The notes under the pieces: model-generated
The model's database searches: none
Told to the model about the DNA's origin: nothing
What the model saw: the letters and a program-made list of their open reading frames with translations, nothing else
In this document: positions 8,461-18,495 of the stretch, piece after piece
Layout: every line of letters starts with the position of its first letter
Position numbering within the stretch: the stretch's first letter is position 1
Translations under genes and position numbers: made by a program
Source of the DNA: Clostridia bacterium
GTDB taxonomy: Bacteria; Bacillota; Clostridia; Peptostreptococcales; JAAYPU01
NCBI GenBank assembly: GCA_028279945.1
Contig: JANQMT010000006.1
Span: 26,091-90,090 of the forward strand
Direction: 5' to 3'
Length of the DNA: 64,000 bases

Positions 8461-10746
8461 ATGAAAAGAAGAATGTCAATTATTCTAGTCGCAATGCTGA
8501 TTATGTCTATGATACCTAGTTTTGCATTTGCGGTAGATTTACAAGATGAAGCTGATCGATTGGAAAAAGTATTTGCTAAATTAACAGATGAGGAAAAAGC
8601 ATATCTATCCAGTGCTAAAGCAAAAATATATGATTTAGCACAGGATGCTGAAAATGATGTTTGGGACGATGTATTTGAAAAGGTTCCTGTAACAAATGAA
8701 GCTTTCAAAGATGTATTTGGTAGTCCAGAGGAAGCTGAAGAATTTGTCAGAGATTTCATTTCAGAATTTACAATGATATACTTTACAGGTTCGGATGACT
8801 TAGCAAAGGAGTTAGAAGATTTTATAAAAAAACACAAAGAAAAGTTTACTGATATATTCAAAAGTGATGGTGAGGATCTTTTACGTGATTTGCATGAATT
8901 AATGTTAGGTGCTTTGGATGACCCCGATGAGTATATAGACTATTCCGATATGCTTCTATTATCTAATGCTAAAACAACTTCAGATTTAATTGAAGAAGTC
9001 AAAATGCTTTTAAAAGAAGCTGTAAGTGAAAAAGCAGAAGTAAAGGGCAATATTAAAGAGCAATTGGCTTCCGTAGGTTGGGAAGCTGGAAAAATCGTTG
9101 AAGCAGTATTTATCCTACTTGAAGCTGCTGATCCAGATTTAGATGCAAGTTTAGCATTAGCCAATGCTTTTGTCAGAAGCAATGGGGAACTGGTATCTGG
9201 TAATACAAAACCAAAAGTAGGACAAGAAACATCATATACTGTAAGTTTTTTTGAAATAGAAACCGATTATGTAAAATTCGCACTTGCCGATTCAAGTGAA
9301 GGTGAAGGCAGCTTTTCGGGAGATAAATTTACACCTTCTAAAGAAGGTGAAGCAACAGTCTATGTTTATAGAAGAGGAGTAGATCCTGAAAATGAAGCTT
9401 TAAATTATATATTTAAGTTCGATATTAGTATTAAGAGCGATGATGACGATGATGGTGGCGGTTCAGGAGGAGGGTCACCTCCAGAAGAAAAGCCTCCAGC
9501 CTCAGATACTGTAAAAGAAGTTGGTAGCGATAGTATTGAAACTGAAGTTAAAAAAGTAGATGGTCAGAACGTAGCTGAAGTTTCAGTGGATGATGATGCT
9601 ATTAAAAATGTAGTTGAAGAAAGTGAAGAAGGAACAACGGTTGTTATTAATGTTGATGCAGATGCAGATGTTGTTCAAGCTGGATTTGGCGGAGATATGA
9701 TTTCTTTGATGGAGAAGAATGATATTTCCATATCTATTAAGACAGAAACAGCTTCCTATAGCGTACCGGCAAAAGACTTGAATATTAGTGCGTTAGCCAA
9801 AGAATTGGGAGAAAATGTAGAGGTTTCTGATGTACAAATCTCTATAGTCATTGGCCAACCTACTGCTGAAGAAATCAAAGTCGTTGAAGATCAAGCTGTT
9901 AAGGCTGGGGTTCAGTTAGTTATACCGCCAATTGAATTCAACGTGGTATGTACGGATGGAGAAAACAGTGTAAAAGTAAGCAAATTTAATAGATTTGTGG
10001 AAAGAAGCATAAAAGTTCCCGAAGGTGTTGATCCAAAAACAATCACAACTGCTGTTGTTCAGGATAAAAAAGGCAATTTGACCCCTGTTCCAACTGAAGT
10101 AGTGAAAATAGATGGTGCATACTATGTCAGAATCAAGAGTATGACAAACAGTGTGTATACAGTAATCAATAATATTAAAAAGTTTGCAGATGTTGCCAAT
10201 CATTGGGCTAAAGATGATGTAAACGATATGGGATCAAGATTAATCATCAATGGTGTATCGGATACAACTTTTGAGCCTGACAGAGATATCACCAGAGCAG
10301 AGTTTATGACAATTGTTGTAAGAGCACTTGGAATCATGAGAAGCGGCGAAGGTGTAGATGCATTTGATGATGTAAAAGCAGATGATTGGTATTATGATGC
10401 AGTATCTATTGCTAAAGATTATGGTTTAACCAATGGAAACGGCGATGGTACATTTGCTCCAAATAGTAAAATAACAAGAGAAGAAGCTATGGCTATAATC
10501 GCACGAGCTATGAAAATGGCAGGAATGGATACAGCTGTAAATGCAAGCGAAATCAGTACAGTGCTAAGTACATTTGTTGACAATGGTAATGTATCTGAAT
10601 GGGCAAAAGAATCTGTTTCAGCATGTGTTAAAAACGGTATTGTAGGCGGTTATGCCGGAAAAATATCTGCTAAAAACAATATTACAAGAGCAGAATGCGC
10701 TGCTATCGTAAAACGAATGCTGTTTAAAGCGGATTTGATAGATTAA
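8461..10746 (+). CDS. S-layer homology (SLH) domain surface protein
   Basis: Signal peptide, acidic helical N-domain, DDDDDGGGSGGGS linker, three C-terminal SLH repeats (FADVANHWAK, ITRAEF, ITREEA, ITRAEC). Confidence 0.92.
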   Translation: MKRRMSIILVAMLIMSMIPSFAFAVDLQDEADRLEKVFAKLTDEEKAYLSSAKAKIYDLAQDAENDVWDDVFEKVPVTNEAFKDVFGSPEEAEEFVRDFISEFTMIYFTGSDDLAKELEDFIKKHKEKFTDIFKSDGEDLLRDLHELMLGALDDPDEYIDYSDMLLLSNAKTTSDLIEEVKMLLKEAVSEKAEVKGNIKEQLASVGWEAGKIVEAVFILLEAADPDLDASLALANAFVRSNGELVSGNTKPKVGQETSYTVSFFEIETDYVKFALADSSEGEGSFSGDKFTPSKEGEATVYVYRRGVDPENEALNYIFKFDISIKSDDDDDGGGSGGGSPPEEKPPASDTVKEVGSDSIETEVKKVDGQNVAEVSVDDDAIKNVVEESEEGTTVVINVDADADVVQAGFGGDMISLMEKNDISISIKTETASYSVPAKDLNISALAKELGENVEVSDVQISIVIGQPTAEEIKVVEDQAVKAGVQLVIPPIEFNVVCTDGENSVKVSKFNRFVERSIKVPEGVDPKTITTAVVQDKKGNLTPVPTEVVKIDGAYYVRIKSMTNSVYTVINNIKKFADVANHWAKDDVNDMGSRLIINGVSDTTFEPDRDITRAEFMTIVVRALGIMRSGEGVDAFDDVKADDWYYDAVSIAKDYGLTNGNGDGTFAPNSKITREEAMAIIARAMKMAGMDTAVNASEISTVLSTFVDNGNVSEWAKESVSACVKNGIVGGYAGKISAKNNITRAECAAIVKRMLFKADLID

Positions 10747-10776
10747 TAATATTATAAATGTTGAAAAATGTTGAAA

Positions 10777-10812
10777 AAAAAGGAAAGATTCCAATAGGAA
10801 ATCTTTCCTTTT
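10777..10812 (+). terminator. Rho-independent terminator
   Basis: AAAAGGAAAGATT-CCAATAGGA-AATCTTTCCTTTT. Confidence 0.75.
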
Positions 10813-10877
10813 CTAATTGTATAATACATATTATTGTGCTAAAATGAGTGGTATAGGTGTGTTTCAAGGAGGATTTT

Positions 10878-12509
10878 ATGAAGAAAATTATAATATCTTT
10901 GGTTTTAGTAATGTTTTTTGTCAATTTTTCGTATGCGTCAAGCTATCAGGATATATATGATTCTATGAAAGATGATTATCCTGAACTTGTTAACAGAATG
11001 TTAGAATATGGAGTAACTGAAAAAGAGATATTTAACTTTCTAGATGATTTGAGTGATGAAGTCGATAACGCCTCAGATCTTACAGAAGAAAATTTTAATT
11101 CTATTATGTATAAGGCTGTAAAGGAACTATTGTATGTGATCGAAGATGGAAAGTTTATTGTAAAAGATAAGCATGAAAATTTTGCTTATATGTTGCTTGA
11201 TGAATTTGGTTTAGAAATATCACAAGCCTTAGAAACCAAAACTCTTGAAGGAGATCTTAAAGGTTTGAATGAATCTGTAAGATCAGTTCTTTTAGACCAA
11301 GAAAATAGTGATGGCGGAGCAGGTGGAGGAGGCGCAGTATCAGAAGAACCAGATGAAATAATTCTAGATGAAATAATAATGGATATGGATACTTTAAATA
11401 TTCCTGTCAAGACCCTTTCAGATGGTCAAATACAAATAACTATTTCTCAAAATGATATTTTAAAAAATATTAACAAAGAACTAAATGATGTTAGTGACAA
11501 AGGAGGAACTGTATCTGATAGTTTATGTGGCATATTAGATTTAAGATTAGATAAAGACGAAAAATCTTATAAAGTTCAACTACCTCCTCTAACAGAAATT
11601 TTTAATAAAGTAGATAATTTATCTATACTTACTGACTTAGGCGGTATAACAGTTGAAAAAGACTTTCTTACTGAGGAACAATCAAATAGTAATCTCAATT
11701 TTATAATATCTCAAGATATTAACGTATTTGATGTTCAATTGGCAGATGAAAGTCAAGAAATCAACTCATTTTCAAAGCCTGTAATTTTATCATTACCTTA
11801 CAAATTATTGCAAGATCAGAATAAAGAATATGTGACAGCTGTATATATTGACGATAATGGGAATGAGATACCTATGGGAGGTATCTATAACGACGGAAAT
11901 ATTAGATTCTATACAAGCCATTTTTCAAAATATAAAGTAGTTTATGATTTAAAGTCATTTACAGATACATCAGAGATTGATTGGGCTAAAGATAAAATAG
12001 CAGCCCTTGCTTCCAAAGGAATCATCAATGGAAGAAGAGAAAGTATATTTGATCCTAATGCCTACATCACAAGAGCAGAATTTACAGCACTTGCAGTAAG
12101 GGCTATGAAGCTGCAAGGAGATAAAGCAATCAATCAATTTCCGGATGTCAGTTTAGATGTATGGTATGCAGACAGTGTGGCAGCTGCTTATCAAAATGGC
12201 ATTATAAAAGGAAGAACTGTTACTACTTTTGACCCTAACGGTAAAGTGACCATTGAAGAAGCATTGGTCATATTAGCAAGGATTATGAATACAAAAGGCT
12301 ACCCCAAAGTAGATTATTCTGAATTAGAGCAGACTATGGATGAAGACAATATATCTGAATGGACTAAATCCGAAATAGGAACAGCTCTAAACAGTAACCT
12401 ACATAAAGATATACCGGTAATCGATCTTGTACTAAATCAATATGCAACTCGTGCACAAGTAGCCAGTGTTATATATGAATTTTATAATAAAATTCTGGGA
12501 GAGAATTAG
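10878..12509 (+). CDS. Second SLH domain surface protein
   Basis: ATG after AAGGAGG; signal peptide; GGAGGGG linker; HFSKY motif; SLH repeats (FTDTSEIDWAK, ITRAEF, ATRAQ). Confidence 0.9.
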   Translation: MKKIIISLVLVMFFVNFSYASSYQDIYDSMKDDYPELVNRMLEYGVTEKEIFNFLDDLSDEVDNASDLTEENFNSIMYKAVKELLYVIEDGKFIVKDKHENFAYMLLDEFGLEISQALETKTLEGDLKGLNESVRSVLLDQENSDGGAGGGGAVSEEPDEIILDEIIMDMDTLNIPVKTLSDGQIQITISQNDILKNINKELNDVSDKGGTVSDSLCGILDLRLDKDEKSYKVQLPPLTEIFNKVDNLSILTDLGGITVEKDFLTEEQSNSNLNFIISQDINVFDVQLADESQEINSFSKPVILSLPYKLLQDQNKEYVTAVYIDDNGNEIPMGGIYNDGNIRFYTSHFSKYKVVYDLKSFTDTSEIDWAKDKIAALASKGIINGRRESIFDPNAYITRAEFTALAVRAMKLQGDKAINQFPDVSLDVWYADSVAAAYQNGIIKGRTVTTFDPNGKVTIEEALVILARIMNTKGYPKVDYSELEQTMDEDNISEWTKSEIGTALNSNLHKDIPVIDLVLNQYATRAQVASVIYEFYNKILGEN

Positions 12510-12511
12510 TT

Positions 12512-13225
12512 TTGAAGATTATAAAAAAAGTTTTAATCGTAATCTTAGCATTAGCTTTACTATTGTTTTTAGCGTATAAAATATGGGTTGCCAATGATGA
12601 AGACAATCAAATATATATTGAGGAGACGAGAGAAGAATTAGAAAACTTTGAAAAGGACCTCATGGAGAATATTGAAGCAGATAAGACAGATGAAAAGAAA
12701 AACGATGAACCAATTGCAGAAACCGATAATACAAAGGAAGATAATGATGAACAAATCGTAGAAACAAATAATACAAATGAAGTTGAAAATGATGAACCAG
12801 ATGAAGAGATAGACAGCAATATAGAAAATAAAGAACAAGCTGAAGAAGAAACTGAGAGTAAAAAAGAACTCTCAGAAATACAAAATATATATGATGATGC
12901 TCTCAGTAATCTAGAAATAAAAGCAAATCAATTATTAGAAGACCTAATTTCACAAGCAAAAACAGAATATTCCAACCTTTCTTCGGAAGAAAAGGAATCT
13001 TGTGCAGTATTGTCAAAAATGGCATCCGATTACTTAAATAGATCAAAAGAGCTGGAGAACCAAATCGATGAAATATTTTATAACCTTTTATCTAAGATGG
13101 AGGATGAATTAATTGCTAATGACTTAGATAAAAGCATTATAAAACAATATGAAGACGATTATGGTGCAAGAAAAAAAGCTAGAAGAAGAGAGCTTATGGA
13201 AAAAGCTTTAGCAGCACAAGAATAA
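12512..13225 (+). CDS. Membrane-anchored acidic helical hypothetical protein
   Basis: N-terminal TM helix, E/D/N-rich linker, coiled-coil-like C-terminus; TTG start 2 nt after the upstream stop. Confidence 0.75.
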   Translation: MKIIKKVLIVILALALLLFLAYKIWVANDEDNQIYIEETREELENFEKDLMENIEADKTDEKKNDEPIAETDNTKEDNDEQIVETNNTNEVENDEPDEEIDSNIENKEQAEEETESKKELSEIQNIYDDALSNLEIKANQLLEDLISQAKTEYSNLSSEEKESCAVLSKMASDYLNRSKELENQIDEIFYNLLSKMEDELIANDLDKSIIKQYEDDYGARKKARRRELMEKALAAQE

Positions 13226-13257
13226 CTATAACTCAGTTGTAAGTTCAGGGGGACAAT

Positions 13258-15222
13258 ATGCAAATGAAAGTTAAGGTTTTATCATTATTAGGATTAGATG
13301 TGTTTTTATTGCATCTATCCTATTTTTTGGCTTTTTTATTAAGATTTGATGGTCAAATACCTATGGACTATTATCAAAACTATAAAGAAATTATGGTGGT
13401 GTTAATAGCCATTAAAGTAATCACCTTTTTCTTTTTTAAGCTCTATAAGAGCCTTTGGCGTTATGCCAGCATTGAAGAGCTTCTTAATATCTGCATATCA
13501 GTAGTTCTTTCTAATTTGGTGATTATTGCCACAATTAAATTGGTACATTCTAGCTATTTACCAAGAAGTATATATCTAATCAGCATCTTATTAGACCTTA
13601 TTTTTATTGGAGGTGTTCGCTTTACTTATAGAGCATTACGAAGATATAAAATTAAGGATATTCTATTAAAGAATACTGCTAAAAAAAATGTCCTTGTGGT
13701 TGGTGGTGGTTCAGCCGGTGCCACTGTTGTAAAAGAACTTCGAATACATAATGAGTTAAACTTAAAAGTTATAGGAATCATAGATGATAATACTTATAAA
13801 CACGGTCAAAGAATTAATGGTGTAAAAATACTAGGGAATCGTTTCCAGATAGCTAAAATAGTAGAAAAATATAGAGTGAATGAAATTATAATAGCTATAC
13901 CCTCAGCTCCCCAAAATACTATTCGAGAAATTGTGGATGAATGCAAATCGACAAAGGTAAAGGTTAAAATTCTCCCTGGTGTTTACGAACTTATAGATGA
14001 AAAGGTCACCGTTAACCAAATCAGGCCGGTTAAAATAGAGGACTTATTAGGAAGGGAAACAATACAATTAGACAATCACGCAATTGATGAGTATATAGAA
14101 GGAAAATCTGTCCTTGTGACAGGTGGCGGTGGGTCCATAGGCTCTGAACTTTGCAGGCAAATAGCAAAATACAACCCTAGAGAACTAGTTATTTTAGACA
14201 TCTATGAAAACAATGCCTATGAACTCCAAAATGAATTAAACCGAACTTACAATAAACTTGGCTCAGATAACCAACTTAATTTAAAAGTGATGATTGCTTC
14301 GGTAAGAGATATTGATAGGGTTGATCAAATCGTCTCTACTGTGAGGCCAAATATTATTTTCCATGCAGCAGCACACAAACATGTCCCTCTTATGGAAGAT
14401 AACCCTTGTGAAGCTGTGAAAAACAATGTTTTGGGCACGAATAATATGGCTAAGGTTTCACACAAGCATGGGGTGGAAAAATTTGTATTAATATCTACAG
14501 ATAAGGCAGTCAATCCAACAAATGTGATGGGTGCTACAAAGAGAATGTGCGAAATGATCGTTCAATCCTTTGATACAGAAAGTAAAACAGAATTTTCAAT
14601 TGTTAGATTTGGAAATGTTTTAGGCAGTAATGGTAGTGTTATACCTTTGCTTAAAAAACAAATAGAAGAAGGTGGCCCTGTAACTGTTACTCACGCGGAA
14701 ATCACTCGATACTTCATGACCATTCCAGAAGCAGTCCGGCTAGTACTCCAAGCAGCGACTATGGCCTGCGGTGGCGAAATCTTTGTCTTAGATATGGGTA
14801 AGCCGGTGAAAATTATGGATTTAGCGAAAGATTTGATCAAATTATCAGGGTTTCAACCAGGTAAAGATATCCAAATCGAAGTAACAGGTCTTAGGCCAGG
14901 AGAGAAACTCTATGAGGAGCTATTATTAGATGAAGAGGGGATCCAAAAAACCTTACATGAAAAAATTTACATAGGGTCACCACTATCGGTAGATTTTGAT
15001 TCTATCCAAAATAGTATCAACTTGTTTAAGACTATTACAAAGAATCAGAACTCAGAAGCAGTCATAGATGAGCTTAAGAGAGTAGTTACAACTTATAAAT
15101 GTGATAAAGAAATTAATGATCTTTACATATATCGTAAATCTAAAGGAAGTAAACAAGAAGGAGCTTATAAGAAGACTGGTGAGAGTGTTGTTGAGAGGAA
15201 GTTGGAGGAAGTTGTGGTTTAG
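13258..15222 (+). CDS. capD: Membrane-bound UDP-GlcNAc 4,6-dehydratase (CapD/PglF/WbpM family)
   Basis: Four N-terminal TMs, IEDLLGR, GGGGSIGSEL, HAAAHKHVP, STDKAVNPTNVMGATK. Confidence 0.92.
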   Translation: MQMKVKVLSLLGLDVFLLHLSYFLAFLLRFDGQIPMDYYQNYKEIMVVLIAIKVITFFFFKLYKSLWRYASIEELLNICISVVLSNLVIIATIKLVHSSYLPRSIYLISILLDLIFIGGVRFTYRALRRYKIKDILLKNTAKKNVLVVGGGSAGATVVKELRIHNELNLKVIGIIDDNTYKHGQRINGVKILGNRFQIAKIVEKYRVNEIIIAIPSAPQNTIREIVDECKSTKVKVKILPGVYELIDEKVTVNQIRPVKIEDLLGRETIQLDNHAIDEYIEGKSVLVTGGGGSIGSELCRQIAKYNPRELVILDIYENNAYELQNELNRTYNKLGSDNQLNLKVMIASVRDIDRVDQIVSTVRPNIIFHAAAHKHVPLMEDNPCEAVKNNVLGTNNMAKVSHKHGVEKFVLISTDKAVNPTNVMGATKRMCEMIVQSFDTESKTEFSIVRFGNVLGSNGSVIPLLKKQIEEGGPVTVTHAEITRYFMTIPEAVRLVLQAATMACGGEIFVLDMGKPVKIMDLAKDLIKLSGFQPGKDIQIEVTGLRPGEKLYEELLLDEEGIQKTLHEKIYIGSPLSVDFDSIQNSINLFKTITKNQNSEAVIDELKRVVTTYKCDKEINDLYIYRKSKGSKQEGAYKKTGESVVERKLEEVVV

Positions 15223-15228
15223 CTGCTA

Positions 15229-15294
15229 AGCAGTAGTTGAGTAATAGTTAAATTATTGTTGAGCATTAGTTCAACAATAATTTAATTATGGTTA
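15229..15294. repeat. Degenerate 11-bp tandem array containing a 15-bp perfect inverted repeat
   Basis: Units AGCAGTAGTTG/AGTAATAGTTA/AATTATTGTTG/AGCATTAGTTC/AACAATAATTT/AATTATGGTTA; TTAAATTATTGTTGA...TCAACAATAATTTAA at 15248-15285. Confidence 0.65.
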
Positions 15295-15431
15295 CCCAAT
15301 TGTAACTTTTAGGTTAGAGTATGCTTAGAAATGATATTCTAAATATAAGTAATTCTAATCTTTTAAGATATTGGAGTTAAATTAAGTACTTGATGTTGAA
15401 GTTTAATATATTGCATAAGTGAGGTATAAAG

Positions 15432-16112
15432 ATGAATTATTTAGTTGTTGTAGCACATCCAGATGATGAGGTTTTAGGTGCAGGTGCCACTATGTATAAA
15501 TTAGCTCAGGAAGGCTATACCGTGAATGTATGTATAATATCTGGAGAAGTGAAAGCTAGAAATCATAGGCCGGAAACAGAAAAACTTCATGAGGATGTCA
15601 ATAACTCATTAAGCCTATTAGGCGTTAAAAGAGTCATTAAAGGGGAATTCCCAAATATCGAATTTAATACAGTACCTCATCTCAAATTAGTACAATTCAT
15701 AGAAAAAGCAATCAAAGAAACTGGATCAGAAGTTGTTTTTACACATCATCCGGCTGATTTAAATAATGATCACTTACATACGTCCCTAGCATGTCAAGCT
15801 GCAGTGAGACTTTTTCAACGAAGGCCAGAAGGCAGTCCTTTAAAGGAACTACTCTTTATGGAGGTGCCTTCGGCAACTGAGTGGGCACTTAATAAAGCAA
15901 TGAATCAGTTTAATCCTAATACATTTATTGAAGTAGGAGAAGAAGCTGTAGATAAGAAGATAGAAGCTTTATCAATGTATAGAGGAGTAATGAGACCATA
16001 TCCACATCCAAGAAGTAATAAAGCTTTAAAAGGTCTTGCAGCATATAGAGGTGGACAAGCTGGTATGGTTTATGCTGAAAGTTTTGAAAGTGTATTTAGA
16101 AGAGGGTTTTAA
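15432..16112 (+). CDS. PIG-L/LmbE family N-acetyl-sugar deacetylase
   Basis: AHPDDE and DLNNDH metal-binding motifs. Confidence 0.9.
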   Translation: MNYLVVVAHPDDEVLGAGATMYKLAQEGYTVNVCIISGEVKARNHRPETEKLHEDVNNSLSLLGVKRVIKGEFPNIEFNTVPHLKLVQFIEKAIKETGSEVVFTHHPADLNNDHLHTSLACQAAVRLFQRRPEGSPLKELLFMEVPSATEWALNKAMNQFNPNTFIEVGEEAVDKKIEALSMYRGVMRPYPHPRSNKALKGLAAYRGGQAGMVYAESFESVFRRGF

Positions 16113-16179
16113 TTAAGTAGGTGAAGTAATTGAGCAGGTCTATAGACCTTTTTAATTTAAATAGAGAGGACCCATAAAC

Positions 16180-17001
16180 ATGAAGAAGAAAATTGCATTC
16201 ACAACTTGTGTCCAGCTGGGTTTAAGTTGTATTGAAGAAATATATAGAATTGGCAGCAAACTAGAGCTTCTCATCACATTGAAAGATGAAAAGGCTAAGA
16301 ATAAGTCAGGAAGAATTTATCTTGATAAAATTGCAGAAAGAGATAATATACCTCTACTTAAAATTAATAACATCAACGATCCAGAAGTTAGTGAAGCTCT
16401 AAGGAAGCATGAGATTGATTGGCTTTTCATTATTGGTTGGTCACAAATTGCAAAGAAAGAAGTTCTTGAGACACCTAAGAATGGTTGCATAGGAATGCAT
16501 CCAACACTTCTACCTGTTGGTAGAGGAAGAGCAGCTATTCCTTGGGCTATTATCAAAGGATTTGATGAGACTGGTGTTACCATGTTCAAGCTTGCTGAAG
16601 GCGTAGATACTGGTGAAATTATCGGCCAAGGTGTTATTGCAGTTAATAAGAACACTACAGCGGCAGATCTTTATAAGAAGGTTGATGAGATGCATGTTGA
16701 GTTGATCTCAAAATATTGGGATGACATTGTGAATGATCGAGTAGCTCTTATAAAGCAAGATGAGTCTAAAGCTACAGAGTGGCCAGCAAGAAAACCAGAA
16801 GATGGCGAGCTTTTAAATTTAATGACCATGGATGAAGCAGATAAACTGGTTAGAGCTGTCACACGTCCATATCCAGGAGTTTTTTATAATGATGACAATA
16901 AGACCATTAGAATCTGGTCAGCGAAGACTGATAAAAATGAAGGTGAAATAAAACTAAGCGATGGGTATTTAACACCACTCGATTATGATATAGAGGGATA
17001 G
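16180..17001 (+). CDS. Sugar N-formyltransferase (Fmt-like)
   Basis: HPTLLPVGRG, GVTMF, GVDTGEI, RAVTRPYPG. Confidence 0.88.
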   Translation: MKKKIAFTTCVQLGLSCIEEIYRIGSKLELLITLKDEKAKNKSGRIYLDKIAERDNIPLLKINNINDPEVSEALRKHEIDWLFIIGWSQIAKKEVLETPKNGCIGMHPTLLPVGRGRAAIPWAIIKGFDETGVTMFKLAEGVDTGEIIGQGVIAVNKNTTAADLYKKVDEMHVELISKYWDDIVNDRVALIKQDESKATEWPARKPEDGELLNLMTMDEADKLVRAVTRPYPGVFYNDDNKTIRIWSAKTDKNEGEIKLSDGYLTPLDYDIEG

Positions 17002-17002
17002 T

Positions 17003-17623
17003 ATGCAGAAGGCAATTAAAAGGTTAATAGATATCACTCTTTCTTTAATAGTACTAATAGTATTTTTGCCTGTATGGGTTACTGTTGTAATTCTCATTAA
17101 AGTAACTTCAAAAGGACCTATTTTCTTTTTGCAAAATAGACCTGGGCAGCACAAGAAGATCTTTAAAGTATATAAGTTTAGAACAATGAAGCCAGGTTCA
17201 GAGAAGATGGTTAAGGGTCAAGAAGTTTTGAAGGATGATAACCGAATTACATCCATAGGTAAGTTCTTAAGGAGAAGTAAAATTGATGAGATCCCGCAGA
17301 TTCTAAATGTACTCAAAGGAGAAATGAGTCTTGTTGGCCCAAGACCAGAGAGAATAGCTTCTCTTGAAGAATATGATGATGAGGTTTCAAAAAGACTCAA
17401 CATGAAGCCAGGTATGACTGGACTTGCCCAGGTGAGTGGTAATATTTATCTGGATCTTCAGGATAGGTATAAGTTTGATGTTTTTTATGTGGAACATTAC
17501 AGTTTATGGCTAGATATAAAGATTATCTTTAGAACAGTTGGTGTAGTATTGTTTGGTGAAGACAGATATGTAGACAATTGTTTAGTTGAATTAAATTCTG
17601 CTCAGAGAGGTACATCAATATGA
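17003..17623 (+). CDS. Initiating phosphoglycosyltransferase (Bac_transf, CapM-like)
   Basis: KRLIDI, KFRTM, DEIPQILNVLKGEMSLVGPRP, KPGMTGLAQV. Confidence 0.93.
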   Translation: MQKAIKRLIDITLSLIVLIVFLPVWVTVVILIKVTSKGPIFFLQNRPGQHKKIFKVYKFRTMKPGSEKMVKGQEVLKDDNRITSIGKFLRRSKIDEIPQILNVLKGEMSLVGPRPERIASLEEYDDEVSKRLNMKPGMTGLAQVSGNIYLDLQDRYKFDVFYVEHYSLWLDIKIIFRTVGVVLFGEDRYVDNCLVELNSAQRGTSI

Positions 17624-18486
17624 AAAGAATTCTAATAACTGGAGTAGGAAGTTACATAGGTACTTCATTTGAGAATTGGCTTTGCCAGTGGCCTGAGAAG
17701 TATAAAGTGGAGACTATTATTGTACGTGGTGATGAGTGGAAAAATGGAGACTTTGGCACATATGACTCTATTTTTCATGTTGCAGGTATAGCTCATGTGG
17801 ATGCCAAAGCTGAAATGGAAGAGGTCTATTATCAAGTAAATAGAGATCTAACAATAGAGGTGGCAAAGAAAGCTAAAGCTGATGGTGTTAAACAGTTTAT
17901 TTTTATGAGCAGTATTATTGTCTACGGTGATAGTAGTGAGATAGGAAAGAAAAGAGTTATTACAAAAGACACTGTACCTACGCCAGCGAATTTCTATGGA
18001 AATAGTAAGCTTACTGCTGAGCAGGGAATTATCCCTTTAGAATCTGAAAAATTCAAAGTTGCTATATTGAGACCGCCAATGATTTATGGTAAAGGATCAA
18101 GAGGGAATTATCCTAAATTGGCTAAATTGGCTCAAGAGATTCCTGTTTTCCCGGATATTGAAAATGAACGCAGTATGCTTCATGTTGACAATCTGTGCGA
18201 ATTTGTTCGTTTGGCAATTGATAATGAAGACTCAGGAATATTTTTCCCTCAGAATAAAGAGTTTGTGAGAACCAGTGAAATGGTTTATTTGATAGGTGAA
18301 GTTTATGGCAAAAATATTAAACTCACCAAACTATTTAATCCTACAATAAGAGTTTTAGCAAGGAAGATAGGATTAATAAATAAGGTATTTGGTAATTTGG
18401 TTTATGAGAAGTCTATGAGTGACTACGATAAGGCGAATTATCGAATAAGATCATTTGAAGAATCTATAGAGTTGACGGAGAAATAA
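17620..18486 (+). CDS. NAD-dependent epimerase/reductase (CapN-like)
   Basis: ITGVGSYIG, HVAGIAH, YGNSK, LRPPMIYG. Confidence 0.82.
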   Translation: MKRILITGVGSYIGTSFENWLCQWPEKYKVETIIVRGDEWKNGDFGTYDSIFHVAGIAHVDAKAEMEEVYYQVNRDLTIEVAKKAKADGVKQFIFMSSIIVYGDSSEIGKKRVITKDTVPTPANFYGNSKLTAEQGIIPLESEKFKVAILRPPMIYGKGSRGNYPKLAKLAQEIPVFPDIENERSMLHVDNLCEFVRLAIDNEDSGIFFPQNKEFVRTSEMVYLIGEVYGKNIKLTKLFNPTIRVLARKIGLINKVFGNLVYEKSMSDYDKANYRIRSFEESIELTEK

Positions 18487-18495
18487 TTAGGAAGG

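Noticed and set aside
8225-8464. 79-aa ORF as product of the sigma54 promoter
   Set aside because: The TTG start lies inside the terminator loop, there is no RBS, and the composition is not protein-like.
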